IMG/VR virus record: IMGVR_UViG_3300013458_000003
Coordinates: 1-40,888 of that record
Reading direction: 5' to 3' (one strand)
From: a virus
DNA: 40,888 nt
Each line of letters starts with the position of its first letter. Position 1 is the first letter of the stretch. Shown piece by piece: positions 20,201 through 29,118 of the stretch. The notes beneath the pieces were generated by a model. It worked only from the letters and a program-made list of their open reading frames with translations. It was not told the origin of the DNA and searched no databases. The position numbers and the translations under genes were made by a program.

Positions 20201-21967
20201 ATGGTGAGACACATTCATGGACCTAAATGGGATAGAAATGAGAATTTAGGACTTAATGATAATATGGCTCAATTATTTAATGACACAGGCACAGTTAAAA
20301 AGTCGTTGAACAAATTAGAGGTAAGTTACAAGAATAAAGAAACAGAAGATGCTTTAAAATTTGATTATTTATATAGTAGCGCTGAAAGAATAAATCAAGT
20401 ATCACAAAATGCAAATCTAGCATTACAAGAAGCGCAAAGAATTAACACAGAAAATGTGGATGCAAACCAACGTATTGATAATATTATTGCTGAAAGTGGA
20501 ACGTCTGACACTGAAGTTGTAGATGCAAGAGCAAATTATAAAACGTTGAACGAAAGATTAAATAATCAAGATGCCGTTACAGTATATAACGAGAGTAAAA
20601 ATCGAGAAATTAGTTATATGAATTTTCTAAATGAAAATAGTGTTACTGCTAATGATAACGTTTTAGAAATATTGGGGGATAGAGACCTAAAAGCAAAATT
20701 AAAAATCAACGAGTCGGAATCCTACACATTGCAATTCACAAAAGATACAAATGATGACTTTATCAAATTCAGAAATGTGGATTTAACCACAAATAAATCA
20801 AGTACACAGTATAAAAGTTTTGCTACAACTATGCTGACAGGTTCGACAGTATCCGGTGGTGGAGATAATATATATGTGACTGATACAGCATCTGTAATTA
20901 CTTACAACTTTACAGGTTCTGGTATTGCATTCAGATATTATACAGATACACGTGGTGGTATTTGGGACGCGTATATCGACGGACAAAAAGTATCATCATT
21001 CAGTACGCATTTAGACGCACAGTCAAGCAGCACACTTATTCAGTCGTCTATAGGCGAAGCAGTGATTGCTACTAATTTATCGCAAGGACCACATAAATTA
21101 GAATTGAAGTTTGTCGGTGATGACCCTAAAAATCCACCTAGCAGTTCACCTGCAAGAGGTTGGATTAAACAAAAAAATACATCAGGAACGGATACGCGTA
21201 CAGAAACTTTTAGAATAACAGTAGATGAATCGCAAAATATCAATGTATTATATGATTCTAATAAAGAATTTGCATTTGATGTTATCGATGGGGATAATCG
21301 AGCATGGATTCCCGAACACAATAATACAGGTACACTAAAATTAGGTGATAAAGGTACTCAGAAATTAATTTTAGACAATGTGGAAGTAAGTATGAACGTA
21401 GCACATACCTCTAAAACGTTCAAAGAAATGAAAATATTGCAAGATTTGTATGGATTCATGCCTAATACAACTGAACCGGTATGTAGAGTGCTGATTGTGG
21501 GTACAATTACATCAAGAGGCGTTAAATTTAACACTACGTGGACATGGTTCAAGTCAGTTACCGTAAGGAACGGCTATGTTAATATGTTTACAGTCAATCC
21601 TGCATTTGCTAATAGAATCGTTTCATCCAACAGACAGAATTACAATATTAAAATATTTGATAATAGTTATGAATACATTGCAGAAAAAGCGCCTAGTTCA
21701 TATGTAGCATTAAGCACAACTTTTAATAACTATTATGCAACTGTAGACAATATTAATCCTTATGAAACATTGAGGCTAGGTGCTACCACACGTGATGGCG
21801 ATATTTGGGGTAGCAATTTATTCGCTATACAACATAGAAATGAATATTTACAAAAGTTATATCCTAAGACTTATGCAAATCATATAACGGAACCTAACGA
21901 AATTTATAGATTTGAAGGTTTTTTTGGTTTTGGTAAATTACCGATGGTTAATGATTTATTAGGTTAA
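20201..21967 (+). CDS. Tail-associated structural protein of unknown function (putative fiber/receptor-binding)
   Basis: 588 aa, coiled-coil N-terminus. Sits between Dit and Tal and is followed by a terminator. Confidence 0.4.
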   Translation: MVRHIHGPKWDRNENLGLNDNMAQLFNDTGTVKKSLNKLEVSYKNKETEDALKFDYLYSSAERINQVSQNANLALQEAQRINTENVDANQRIDNIIAESGTSDTEVVDARANYKTLNERLNNQDAVTVYNESKNREISYMNFLNENSVTANDNVLEILGDRDLKAKLKINESESYTLQFTKDTNDDFIKFRNVDLTTNKSSTQYKSFATTMLTGSTVSGGGDNIYVTDTASVITYNFTGSGIAFRYYTDTRGGIWDAYIDGQKVSSFSTHLDAQSSSTLIQSSIGEAVIATNLSQGPHKLELKFVGDDPKNPPSSSPARGWIKQKNTSGTDTRTETFRITVDESQNINVLYDSNKEFAFDVIDGDNRAWIPEHNNTGTLKLGDKGTQKLILDNVEVSMNVAHTSKTFKEMKILQDLYGFMPNTTEPVCRVLIVGTITSRGVKFNTTWTWFKSVTVRNGYVNMFTVNPAFANRIVSSNRQNYNIKIFDNSYEYIAEKAPSSYVALSTTFNNYYATVDNINPYETLRLGATTRDGDIWGSNLFAIQHRNEYLQKLYPKTYANHITEPNEIYRFEGFFGFGKLPMVNDLLG

Positions 21968-21972
21968 TTCAA

Positions 21973-22004
21973 GTCGAGCATTTAATTGCTCGGCTTTTTA
22001 TTTT
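21973..22004 (+). terminator. Rho-independent terminator
   Basis: GTCGAGCA-tttaat-TGCTCGGC (one G-U pair) followed by TTTTTATTTT. Confidence 0.55.
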
Positions 22005-22018
22005 AAGGTGGTGTAACA

Positions 22019-23989
22019 TTGGAAAACTTATTCTTTATTCGTGATTTAGAAGGTGAAGAATATTATTTAGAAGGTACGATTAAACATGAACAGGAATTAA
22101 ATGGTGATGAACGTATTGATATGGATATTCCATACACAAAAATGAACTCAATCTTCATGGATCAACAAAGCGATTTAAAGATGTGGATTATTCTTTTTGA
22201 AAATAAAGAGTATCGTATTATTTCCAGTAAACAACAAGGATACGGGGATAAATATAAAATTAGCGTAACTGCTGTATTGTACATTCTTGATTATCTGAAT
22301 ACACATAGAGTATATGAACGTATTGACGCAAGTCTAACGACTAAAGAAGCTTTTGATATTGTATTTAACGATACACCTTACACATATATCACGGTTGATA
22401 CTGCTTATAGTGAACGTTTTGAAGGTATTGGTGAAGGTGAAACGAAATTAGAAATCTTTAAAACATTTATTGATCGTTACGGTTATGAAATGAAAATCGT
22501 TGATAAAGTCGTTTATCTATACAATCAAATAGGTAATGACGCTAACTTTGAATATCGTCATAAAGTTAATACACAAGATATTTCAAAAGAAGTAGATGCT
22601 TCTGAAATGTATACGTATATGAGAGGGTATGGCGACTACAGAGAAGAAGGCGGAGAAGAAGAAAACACTACCGAAACCACCAATTCTGAAACTACTTCAG
22701 GCTATCAAAAAACAAGTGTTAAAGTGATTGAAAATGATAATGAAGAAGATGTGACTAAGAAAGCGAAGTTAAAACGTGAATACACATCACCACTTGCAGC
22801 AATTATAGGCATACGTGAAGGTCCGCCTATTATGAATGCAAACATTACTAAACAAGAAACAATGGATAAACAATTAAAAGAAGCTGTTGAAAGTAGTGTG
22901 AATATCTCATTTACTGCTGATATTTATGATATGAGTAGACATGGCTATCGTTTTCAACATGCTGAATTAGGTGACAGAGTATTTTTAGTAGATGAACGTA
23001 TTGGACTAGATACAGAAATAAGAGTAGTTAAGATTGATAGAGAAATTAATAATGAAGGATATGTAACAAATGTTGAAATTACGTTTGGTTCCGCTAATTT
23101 AGCAGATAACTACAGTAGTAATTTATCGACTGCAGCTAAAGACATTCAAGATTTAATTACAGGACGAAAAAAATTAAAATTCGACGCACTTGATGTGATT
23201 AGTCAATCAATGGTCAAAAAAATATTAAACACTTCAAGCGAACTAGCATTTGATAGTAATGGTATTCATGCAGTGGAGAAAAACAACCCTAACAATCAGA
23301 TGACATTAAATAGTAGTGGATTAATGCTTTCAACTGATGCAGGAAATACTGCAAAAACAGCAATTACTGCAGAAGGGATAATTGCAGATGCAATTACTGC
23401 AGGCTCAATATGGACTGAAAATGTTAATGTAATAGGACCAAAAGGTTATATGTCAATTATTGGAAATGAATTAGTTTCTATTGATCCTAATAGTCTATCG
23501 AGAACTGTTTTAAGTCCAACTGGTTTAAATATTACTCGACCAGATGGAGCAATTTATATGGTAAATGGCGTTCCCGTCTTAGATTTGGAAGTTCAAAAAA
23601 ATACTTATCATAATTCAAACGTAGAATGGAACGGTAGAGTCTTCCTTACATCTCAAACAGAACCACAAATTTTTGAATATTTTTATACTCAACATAAAAG
23701 TAGGTATTTAAATGTATCTTACGCAATGAGTTGGGATAGAGATAATGCTAGTTCAGTTGGTGGTGTAGAAATTATTGTTGAAGAGTTTGGGAAAGACGAT
23801 AATAATCGAACAGCGAATTATAAAGTCATTTCTAAAAATACTGATGGTGAAGTTTTTGGTGTTATCCAAATTGACTTAGGAGTACCAACATACGAGCCAT
23901 TAAATTGCTATTTAAAGTTCCGACGAATTGGTGGTAAGGAAACAGATAAAGTTACTGTTCGCAGTACTAGAATATCAATGAGAGGTTGA
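22019..23989 (+). CDS. Tail-associated lysin-like / tail tip protein (Tal)
   Basis: 656 aa. N-terminus resembles the gp27-like domain of siphovirus Tal proteins. TTG start with AAGGTGG RBS. Confidence 0.6.
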   Translation: MENLFFIRDLEGEEYYLEGTIKHEQELNGDERIDMDIPYTKMNSIFMDQQSDLKMWIILFENKEYRIISSKQQGYGDKYKISVTAVLYILDYLNTHRVYERIDASLTTKEAFDIVFNDTPYTYITVDTAYSERFEGIGEGETKLEIFKTFIDRYGYEMKIVDKVVYLYNQIGNDANFEYRHKVNTQDISKEVDASEMYTYMRGYGDYREEGGEEENTTETTNSETTSGYQKTSVKVIENDNEEDVTKKAKLKREYTSPLAAIIGIREGPPIMNANITKQETMDKQLKEAVESSVNISFTADIYDMSRHGYRFQHAELGDRVFLVDERIGLDTEIRVVKIDREINNEGYVTNVEITFGSANLADNYSSNLSTAAKDIQDLITGRKKLKFDALDVISQSMVKKILNTSSELAFDSNGIHAVEKNNPNNQMTLNSSGLMLSTDAGNTAKTAITAEGIIADAITAGSIWTENVNVIGPKGYMSIIGNELVSIDPNSLSRTVLSPTGLNITRPDGAIYMVNGVPVLDLEVQKNTYHNSNVEWNGRVFLTSQTEPQIFEYFYTQHKSRYLNVSYAMSWDRDNASSVGGVEIIVEEFGKDDNNRTANYKVISKNTDGEVFGVIQIDLGVPTYEPLNCYLKFRRIGGKETDKVTVRSTRISMRG

Positions 23990-23993
23990 TTAG

Positions 23994-24266
23994 ATGAATT
24001 GGCTATTATTTTTAAAATATATAGACGGGGAATATTATATTGTTCAAGCTGGTTCAAACATTGTACCAACTGAAGAATTCGATAAGGTATTACCTACAAC
24101 TGAAAGAATTGCACGTCAATCGGATAAAGTCTATTTTGATGGTGAGAAATTAAAGTTAAAAGATGGAGAAATATTATTATCTGTAGAAGAATTAAACGAA
24201 TTAAAAGAAAGTCCGTTAGAAGAAATAGAAAGAAATACACAACCAGTTATATTTGATATTGAATAA
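23994..24266 (+). CDS. Hypothetical protein
   Basis: 90-aa ORF. Confidence 0.4.
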   Translation: MNWLLFLKYIDGEYYIVQAGSNIVPTEEFDKVLPTTERIARQSDKVYFDGEKLKLKDGEILLSVEELNELKESPLEEIERNTQPVIFDIE

Positions 24267-24298
24267 GCCATAGCCAGTGGAGGTTATGGCTTTTAAAT
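24266..24298 (+). terminator. Rho-independent terminator
   Basis: AGCCATA-(12 nt loop)-TATGGCT followed by TTTTAAATTT. Confidence 0.5.
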
Positions 24299-24319
24299 TT
24301 GTACAAAGGACGTGAGGAC

Positions 24320-24622
24320 ATGGAGAATAGCAACCGAAGTTGTGGAGATTACGAAACAAGAATAAGAAGGCTTGAAGATAACGACGAGAGAATCTTCGCA
24401 TCTTTGGAACAAATAAAAGATGGACAACATAATCAAGAACTCATTAATCAAAAAATGAACTTTACCTTAGATAGTATCAATCGAGAACGAGAAATTGATA
24501 AAGAAAGCAAAAGAGAAAATCGTAAAAATATCAAAGAGATGAAACGCTTAATGTTAGGTATGGTTTTTTCGGTGACAGGTTCTATTATTTTCGCTGTTAT
24601 CAGAATGGTATTCGGAATATAA
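24320..24622 (+). CDS. Hypothetical protein with C-terminal transmembrane helix
   Basis: 100-aa ORF. GAGGA lies 5 nt upstream. C-terminus LMLGMVFSVTGSIIFAVIRMVFGI. Confidence 0.45.
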   Translation: MENSNRSCGDYETRIRRLEDNDERIFASLEQIKDGQHNQELINQKMNFTLDSINREREIDKESKRENRKNIKEMKRLMLGMVFSVTGSIIFAVIRMVFGI

Positions 24623-24707
24623 GGAGGTGATTAATATGTTTAAACTCTTTGCAAAAGCTAGTTTTTGGACTTGTTATTGGTTTGGTAAATGTAAATAAAG
24701 AATTTAA

Positions 24708-24735
24708 GTCGGCACTTACGTGTCGGCTTTTTATT
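24708..24735 (+). terminator. Putative terminator
   Basis: GTCGGCAC-ttac-GTGTCGGC (two G-U pairs) followed by TTTTTATT. Confidence 0.4.
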
Positions 24736-24755
24736 ATGGATAAGGAGTGGAAGAA

Positions 24756-25049
24756 ATGGAAACAAAAGTAATAGCAAGATATATTGTATTAATTATGGCA
24801 ATCGTCAATCAATTTTTAGCAAATAGAGGACTTAGTCCTATTCCGATAGATGAAGAAACGATCAGTACGATTGTATTAGCTGGTATTGGCTTGTACACAG
24901 CATGGAAAGATAACCCAACAAGTAAAGAGGGACAATGGGCGAATAAAAAACTTAAAAAATACAAAGCTGAGAAAAAGTATCGTCAAGCAACAGGACAAGC
25001 ACCAACCAAAGAATATATCAAACCATCAGATTTAGATGAATTAGGGTAG
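24756..25049 (+). CDS. Holin
   Basis: About 97 aa. TM helices IARYIVLIMAIVNQFL and TIVLAGIGLYTAW, charged C-terminus, directly upstream of the endolysin. Confidence 0.8.
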   Translation: METKVIARYIVLIMAIVNQFLANRGLSPIPIDEETISTIVLAGIGLYTAWKDNPTSKEGQWANKKLKKYKAEKKYRQATGQAPTKEYIKPSDLDELG

Positions 25050-25059
25050 GTGTTAGCGT

Positions 25060-26511
25060 ATGTTAATGACAAGAAAGCAAGCTGAGAAATGGTTAGATAA
25101 CTCAGAAGGTAGACAATACAATGCAGATGGTTATTATGGTTTCCAATGTTACGATTACTCGAAAATGTATTTCTATGTTGTGACAGGTGAATGGATAAGT
25201 GGACTTAAAGCATCTAATATTCCTTTTGACAACAAGGCTAAAATTGAAAAGTACGCTACGATCATTAAAAACTATGATAGTTTCTTACCTCAAAAAGGTG
25301 ATATCGTTTGTTTCCCTGATAAATATGGTGGCGGATATGGACATACTGCAGTTGTAACTAGAGCCACACTTACACAGTTTGAGGTACTCGAACAAAATTG
25401 GTTTGGGAATGGTTGGACAGATGGTGTCGTTAAACCCGGATGGGGTCCTGAAACAGTGTCACGTCGTTGGCACTATTACGACAACCCTATGTACTTCATC
25501 CGTTTTAACTTTCCTAAAAATGTTAACGTGGTTAAGAAAGCAAAACGAAAAATTACTTCTAAAAAAGCAAGTGGAGAAATCAAACGTAAGAAAATTATGA
25601 TTGTCGCTGGTCATGGTTATAATGATCCGGGTGCAGTTGGTAATGGCACAAATGAACGTGACTTTATTCGTAAGAATCTAACGCCTAAAATCGCTGACTA
25701 CCTACGCAAAACAGGACATGAAGTTGCATTATATGGTGGTAGTAAGCAATCACAAGATATGTATCAAGATACAGCTTACGGTGTCCGTGTAGGTAATAAG
25801 CGTGATTATGGTATGTATTGGGTAAATAAGCAAAGCTATGACCTTATCGTTGAATTCCATTTAGACGCAGCAGGTGCTAGTGCAAGTGGTGGACATGTTA
25901 TCATCTCAAGTGCATTTAATGCAGATAGTATTGATAAAGATATACAAGAAGTCATCAAAGAGAACTTAGGACAAATCAGAGGTATCACTAAACGAAGTGA
26001 TTTACTCCATGCTAACGTATCGGCAGAAATCAACATGAACTATCGTTTAGCAGAGTTAGGTTTCATCACTAATAAAGAAGATATGGACTGGATAAAGAAA
26101 AATAGCGACAAGTACGCTAAATTAATTGCTGGTGCTATTCATGGCTCTCCTATTGGTGGTGTCGTTGCTAGTAAGAAGAAATCATCTAGCAAGAAATTGA
26201 ATGTACCTAAAACTATCCCTAGTGGATATAAACTAAATAATAAAGGCGTACCTTATAAGAAAGAAAAAGGTCGCTACACAGTAACAACGATTAAAGGTAA
26301 TAATGTTAGAACAACATACTCAGATAAAGCAGAAATCACAGGCACATTACCTAATGGAACTGAAATTATCTATGATGGTGCTTTTGCAGTGAATGGCTAT
26401 CGTTGGATCACTTATCTAAATAATGACTTACAACGTCGCTATATTGCCACAGGTGAGATTGATAAAAATGGTAAGCGAACAAGTTCTTATGGTAAATTCA
26501 GTAGAGTATGA
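25060..26511 (+). CDS. Endolysin: CHAP endopeptidase + N-acetylmuramoyl-L-alanine amidase + SH3b cell-wall-binding domain
   Basis: N-terminal YGFQCYDY....GHTAVV is the CHAP Cys/His motif. Central MIVAGHGYNDPGAVGNG is amidase_3-like. C-terminus is SH3_5-like. Confidence 0.9.
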   Translation: MLMTRKQAEKWLDNSEGRQYNADGYYGFQCYDYSKMYFYVVTGEWISGLKASNIPFDNKAKIEKYATIIKNYDSFLPQKGDIVCFPDKYGGGYGHTAVVTRATLTQFEVLEQNWFGNGWTDGVVKPGWGPETVSRRWHYYDNPMYFIRFNFPKNVNVVKKAKRKITSKKASGEIKRKKIMIVAGHGYNDPGAVGNGTNERDFIRKNLTPKIADYLRKTGHEVALYGGSKQSQDMYQDTAYGVRVGNKRDYGMYWVNKQSYDLIVEFHLDAAGASASGGHVIISSAFNADSIDKDIQEVIKENLGQIRGITKRSDLLHANVSAEINMNYRLAELGFITNKEDMDWIKKNSDKYAKLIAGAIHGSPIGGVVASKKKSSSKKLNVPKTIPSGYKLNNKGVPYKKEKGRYTVTTIKGNNVRTTYSDKAEITGTLPNGTEIIYDGAFAVNGYRWITYLNNDLQRRYIATGEIDKNGKRTSSYGKFSRV

Positions 26512-26552
26512 TATAATCAGTAAACATTAACCTATTTTTTCACACATTTTAC

Positions 26553-26583
26553 GGGACAAGTTTAGTGCTTGTCCCTCTTTTTT
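26553..26583 (+). terminator. Rho-independent terminator of the lysis operon
   Basis: GGGACAAG-tttagtg-CTTGTCCC followed by TCTTTTTTT. Confidence 0.75.
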
Positions 26584-26584
26584 T

Positions 26585-26910
26585 ATGTTATAATAAAAAT
26601 ATGAAATGGTCATTCTTGAAATGTACTCAGATTAATCTTCATGCTTTGCATGGAGGTTTTTTTGTGGCCGACATCAATGTCGGTCGCAAATATGTTATAA
26701 TCAAATAGAAATTGCGGTACACATCTGAGGAGTGTATCTGAGTATAACTGTTGCGACGGTTATCTCTTTTTATGTTATAATAAAAGTGCAGATCATTTTA
26801 GAATATCTGTGGCTGTTAGGCAGTTTAGGGGTATTCTTATAAAAGATACTGTATCTTAAAAGAAGCTACCTAATATGTCACTGGGTAGCTTTTTATGTTA
26901 TAATAAAGAT
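26585..26910 (+). repeat. Four dispersed copies of TTTTTATGTTATAATAAA (26585, 26691, 26771, 26894), three immediately preceded by a hairpin
   Basis: The motif contains an extended -10 TGTTATAAT. Hairpins lie at 26553-75, 26672-87, 26745-60 and 26867-90. Confidence 0.6.
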
Positions 26911-26969
26911 ACCCAGTTTATGATAATTTTAGTTTTATTATTTGTGTTTTAAATGAGTAAATCGTTCAA

Positions 26970-27000
26970 ACCGTACCTTAACAGGTGCGGTCTTTTTTTA
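26970..27000 (+). terminator. Rho-independent terminator
   Basis: ACCGTACC-ttaaca-GGTGCGGT followed by CTTTTTTTA. Confidence 0.55.
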
Positions 27001-27010
27001 TGCATAAATA

Positions 27011-27058
27011 TATGGAAGTACACACACTATACATTGGTTGATTGTGCATACTTCCATA
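27011..27058. other. Candidate attP core: 48-bp imperfect inverted repeat immediately 3' of the serine integrase gene
   Basis: TATGGAAGTAcacaca ... tgtgcaTACTTCCATA. The outer 10-bp arms are perfect and the spacer is about 16 bp. Confidence 0.4.
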
Positions 27059-27063
27059 AAATA

Positions 27064-28449
27064 TCAGTAGAACTCGATATCCTTTATTTTAAGGGAACGA
27101 CGTTTCTTTTTGTTATCATTCTTACCTAATACATATTCGATAAATATATTCTTTATCGCCATTTGAATAAATTCAGCTTTTTCTTCATCACTTGAAATAT
27201 CCCACATCTCAAGTAACAAGTTTTTGTACTGTTTTATATCTTCGGTGTCATACTGCTTAACCTCTTCATTCTCACTTTGCTTTTTATATTCTTCGATTGC
27301 TATATCTGTTTCTTCAATCAATTCGGCCAACTCATCTTCATTCATAAGTCCGTTAGCATATAGCTTATGGTATCTTTTTCGTTGCTGCATAATTTTGTTG
27401 ATATCGATTGTAATTTCTTTTTCTTCCTTATCCTCAACGATGTCATATTGCGTTAAATCTTGATGTTGTAGATACTCATAGAACACTCGTTCTACTTCTT
27501 CGGAACGTATATACACAGGTTTTAAATTTGGTGTCTCTTTGCAATTATTGCAGTAATAGTGCTTGTTATAATACACTCTATCTTTCAGTGTTACCTTATG
27601 AGTATTCATCGTTAATTTACTATCACAAACAGGACAAACTAATTTACTTCTGAATATAGATACGTGCTTTATCTTTTTAGTATTCGTTCGTTCTTCTAAT
27701 CTATCCTTAACTTTCTCGTACATTTCTTCAGTAATAATAGGCTCGTGGTTATTCTCTAGATAAACGCCACCCCATTCAAAGTGTCCTCTTGTAAACGGAC
27801 TTCTCAATGCTCGTGTGATTGACCTATCTTCCCACTTTCTATTGTTTGGTGGTGGAATATCTGAATTATTTAATTTCCGTGCTATCGATTTAGCGCTTTT
27901 ACCTTTTAACGCCTCCTCATAAGCAAATAACACAACCTCTTTATATTTATTAGGCACAAACTTATTATCGACACGATCATAATAAAACGGTGGAGTAGTC
28001 AGCATGATACCTTTTTTAAGTGCTGCAAGTTTACCCATTTGTGTACGTTCTCTAATCGTTTCACGTTCCCATTCAGCCATTGCACCGACTAATGTGACAA
28101 ATAATCGTCCCATTGCAGTTGAAGTATCATATACTTCTGTTGCGCTTCTAAAAGCTACATTATTCTGTTCAAATATCTCTAGTAAGTCCAATAAGTCACG
28201 TACATTACGTGTAAGCCTATCTAACTTGTACACTAAGATTAAATCAAACCGTTTAATATCATTCATCATTCGTTGTAATTCTGGTCGGTCACGTTTAGCA
28301 CCAGAGAAACCAGCGTCAACAAATACATCAGCTACATTCCAATCATTTATTTCACAAAATGATTTAAGTTTCCGTTCTTGTTCTTCAATAGAATAGCCAT
28401 GTTCTTTTTGCTCTAGTGTACTAACACGACAATATATTGCTACGTTCAT
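27064..28449 (-). CDS. int: Large serine recombinase (integrase)
   Basis: 461 aa. N-terminal resolvase domain IYCRVSTLEQ....YKLDRLTRN, followed by large recombinase and zinc-ribbon/coiled-coil regions. GAGGTGA RBS. Confidence 0.9.
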   Translation of the reverse strand: MNVAIYCRVSTLEQKEHGYSIEEQERKLKSFCEINDWNVADVFVDAGFSGAKRDRPELQRMMNDIKRFDLILVYKLDRLTRNVRDLLDLLEIFEQNNVAFRSATEVYDTSTAMGRLFVTLVGAMAEWERETIRERTQMGKLAALKKGIMLTTPPFYYDRVDNKFVPNKYKEVVLFAYEEALKGKSAKSIARKLNNSDIPPPNNRKWEDRSITRALRSPFTRGHFEWGGVYLENNHEPIITEEMYEKVKDRLEERTNTKKIKHVSIFRSKLVCPVCDSKLTMNTHKVTLKDRVYYNKHYYCNNCKETPNLKPVYIRSEEVERVFYEYLQHQDLTQYDIVEDKEEKEITIDINKIMQQRKRYHKLYANGLMNEDELAELIEETDIAIEEYKKQSENEEVKQYDTEDIKQYKNLLLEMWDISSDEEKAEFIQMAIKNIFIEYVLGKNDNKKKRRSLKIKDIEFY

Positions 28450-28465
28450 TAAATCACCTCAAAAA

Positions 28466-28499
28466 AGTAAAAAAAATAATAAGGGTAGGTGGACTACCC
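28466..28499 (-). terminator. Rho-independent terminator (minus strand) after the lipoprotein gene
   Basis: On the minus strand, GGGTAG-tccac-CTACCC is followed by TTATTATTTTTTTT. Confidence 0.55.
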
Positions 28500-28508
28500 A
28501 ATTATTTA

Positions 28509-29102
28509 TCATTCTTCATAGTCACTAGGATCATACTCATAACCATACTTTTCTGCATCTCGTTTACGTATCTCTTCTTTTTCTGATTGAGTAGCATTAG
28601 TCCATTCCTCTTGACCTTTAATCCACTCATCTGGCTCTTCATTTTGAGAGTCAGAAGGTTCGTTTACATCTTCTGGATCAATCAACCCATAATCAGTTCC
28701 TCCAGGAATATTTTGTTTATCCCATTCGTATATCTCATCTTTTGTTGGTTCATGGTAAGATTGTTGGTCGTTATAGTTTTGTTGATTAGCTTGTTGTGTT
28801 TGCTGTTGTTCTTGAGTTGCAGGTTGTTGAAATTGAACTTGTTCATTTGTAGCAGTTTCTTGAGTGTCTTGTTCTTCAGTAGAATTCTCTTCTTGTGTAG
28901 ATTTGTTATCTTCATTTTCTTGAGATTTCTTTTCTTCTTTAGACTTTTTATCCTCTTTGGATTTATTGTCTTTTTTATCTTCTGATTTCTTTTCAGTTTT
29001 ATTTTCTGACTTAGTATCAGAATCTTTGTTAGATGTGTCATTATTACCACACGCGCCTAAGATTAAAGCACCGCTAAAAATTAAAGCTAAAAACTTTTTC
29101 AT
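28509..29102 (-). CDS. Acidic low-complexity lipoprotein (signal peptide with lipobox LGAC)
   Basis: True start MKKFLALIFSGALILGACGNN at 29102 with an AAGGAG RBS. The longer ORF-track start lacks an RBS. Mature part is K/E/D/Q-rich. Confidence 0.7.
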   Translation of the reverse strand: MKKFLALIFSGALILGACGNNDTSNKDSDTKSENKTEKKSEDKKDNKSKEDKKSKEEKKSQENEDNKSTQEENSTEEQDTQETATNEQVQFQQPATQEQQQTQQANQQNYNDQQSYHEPTKDEIYEWDKQNIPGGTDYGLIDPEDVNEPSDSQNEEPDEWIKGQEEWTNATQSEKEEIRKRDAEKYGYEYDPSDYEE

Positions 29103-29118
29103 ATGTATTTCTCCTTTA

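Noticed and set aside
24636-24698. 20-aa ORF MFKLFAKASFWTCYWFGKCK between the TM protein and the holin
   Set aside because: It is too short and lacks an RBS. The region more likely serves as spacer plus terminator (24708-24735) and the holin promoter.
26601-26952. Tiny peptides in the lysin-attP region (35-aa MKWSFLKC..., 25-aa MSLGSFLC...MIILVLLFVF)
   Set aside because: Neither has a recognisable Shine-Dalgarno, and both run through the conserved 18-mer promoter-like motif. They are kept only as a note inside the sRNA-array finding, not as CDS features.
28004-28985. Plus-strand ORFs 28004..28396 and 28587..28985 (130-132 aa)
   Set aside because: They are antisense to the serine integrase and lipoprotein genes. 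The products are hydrophobic low-complexity artefacts of the K/E-rich coding strand, with no RBS.
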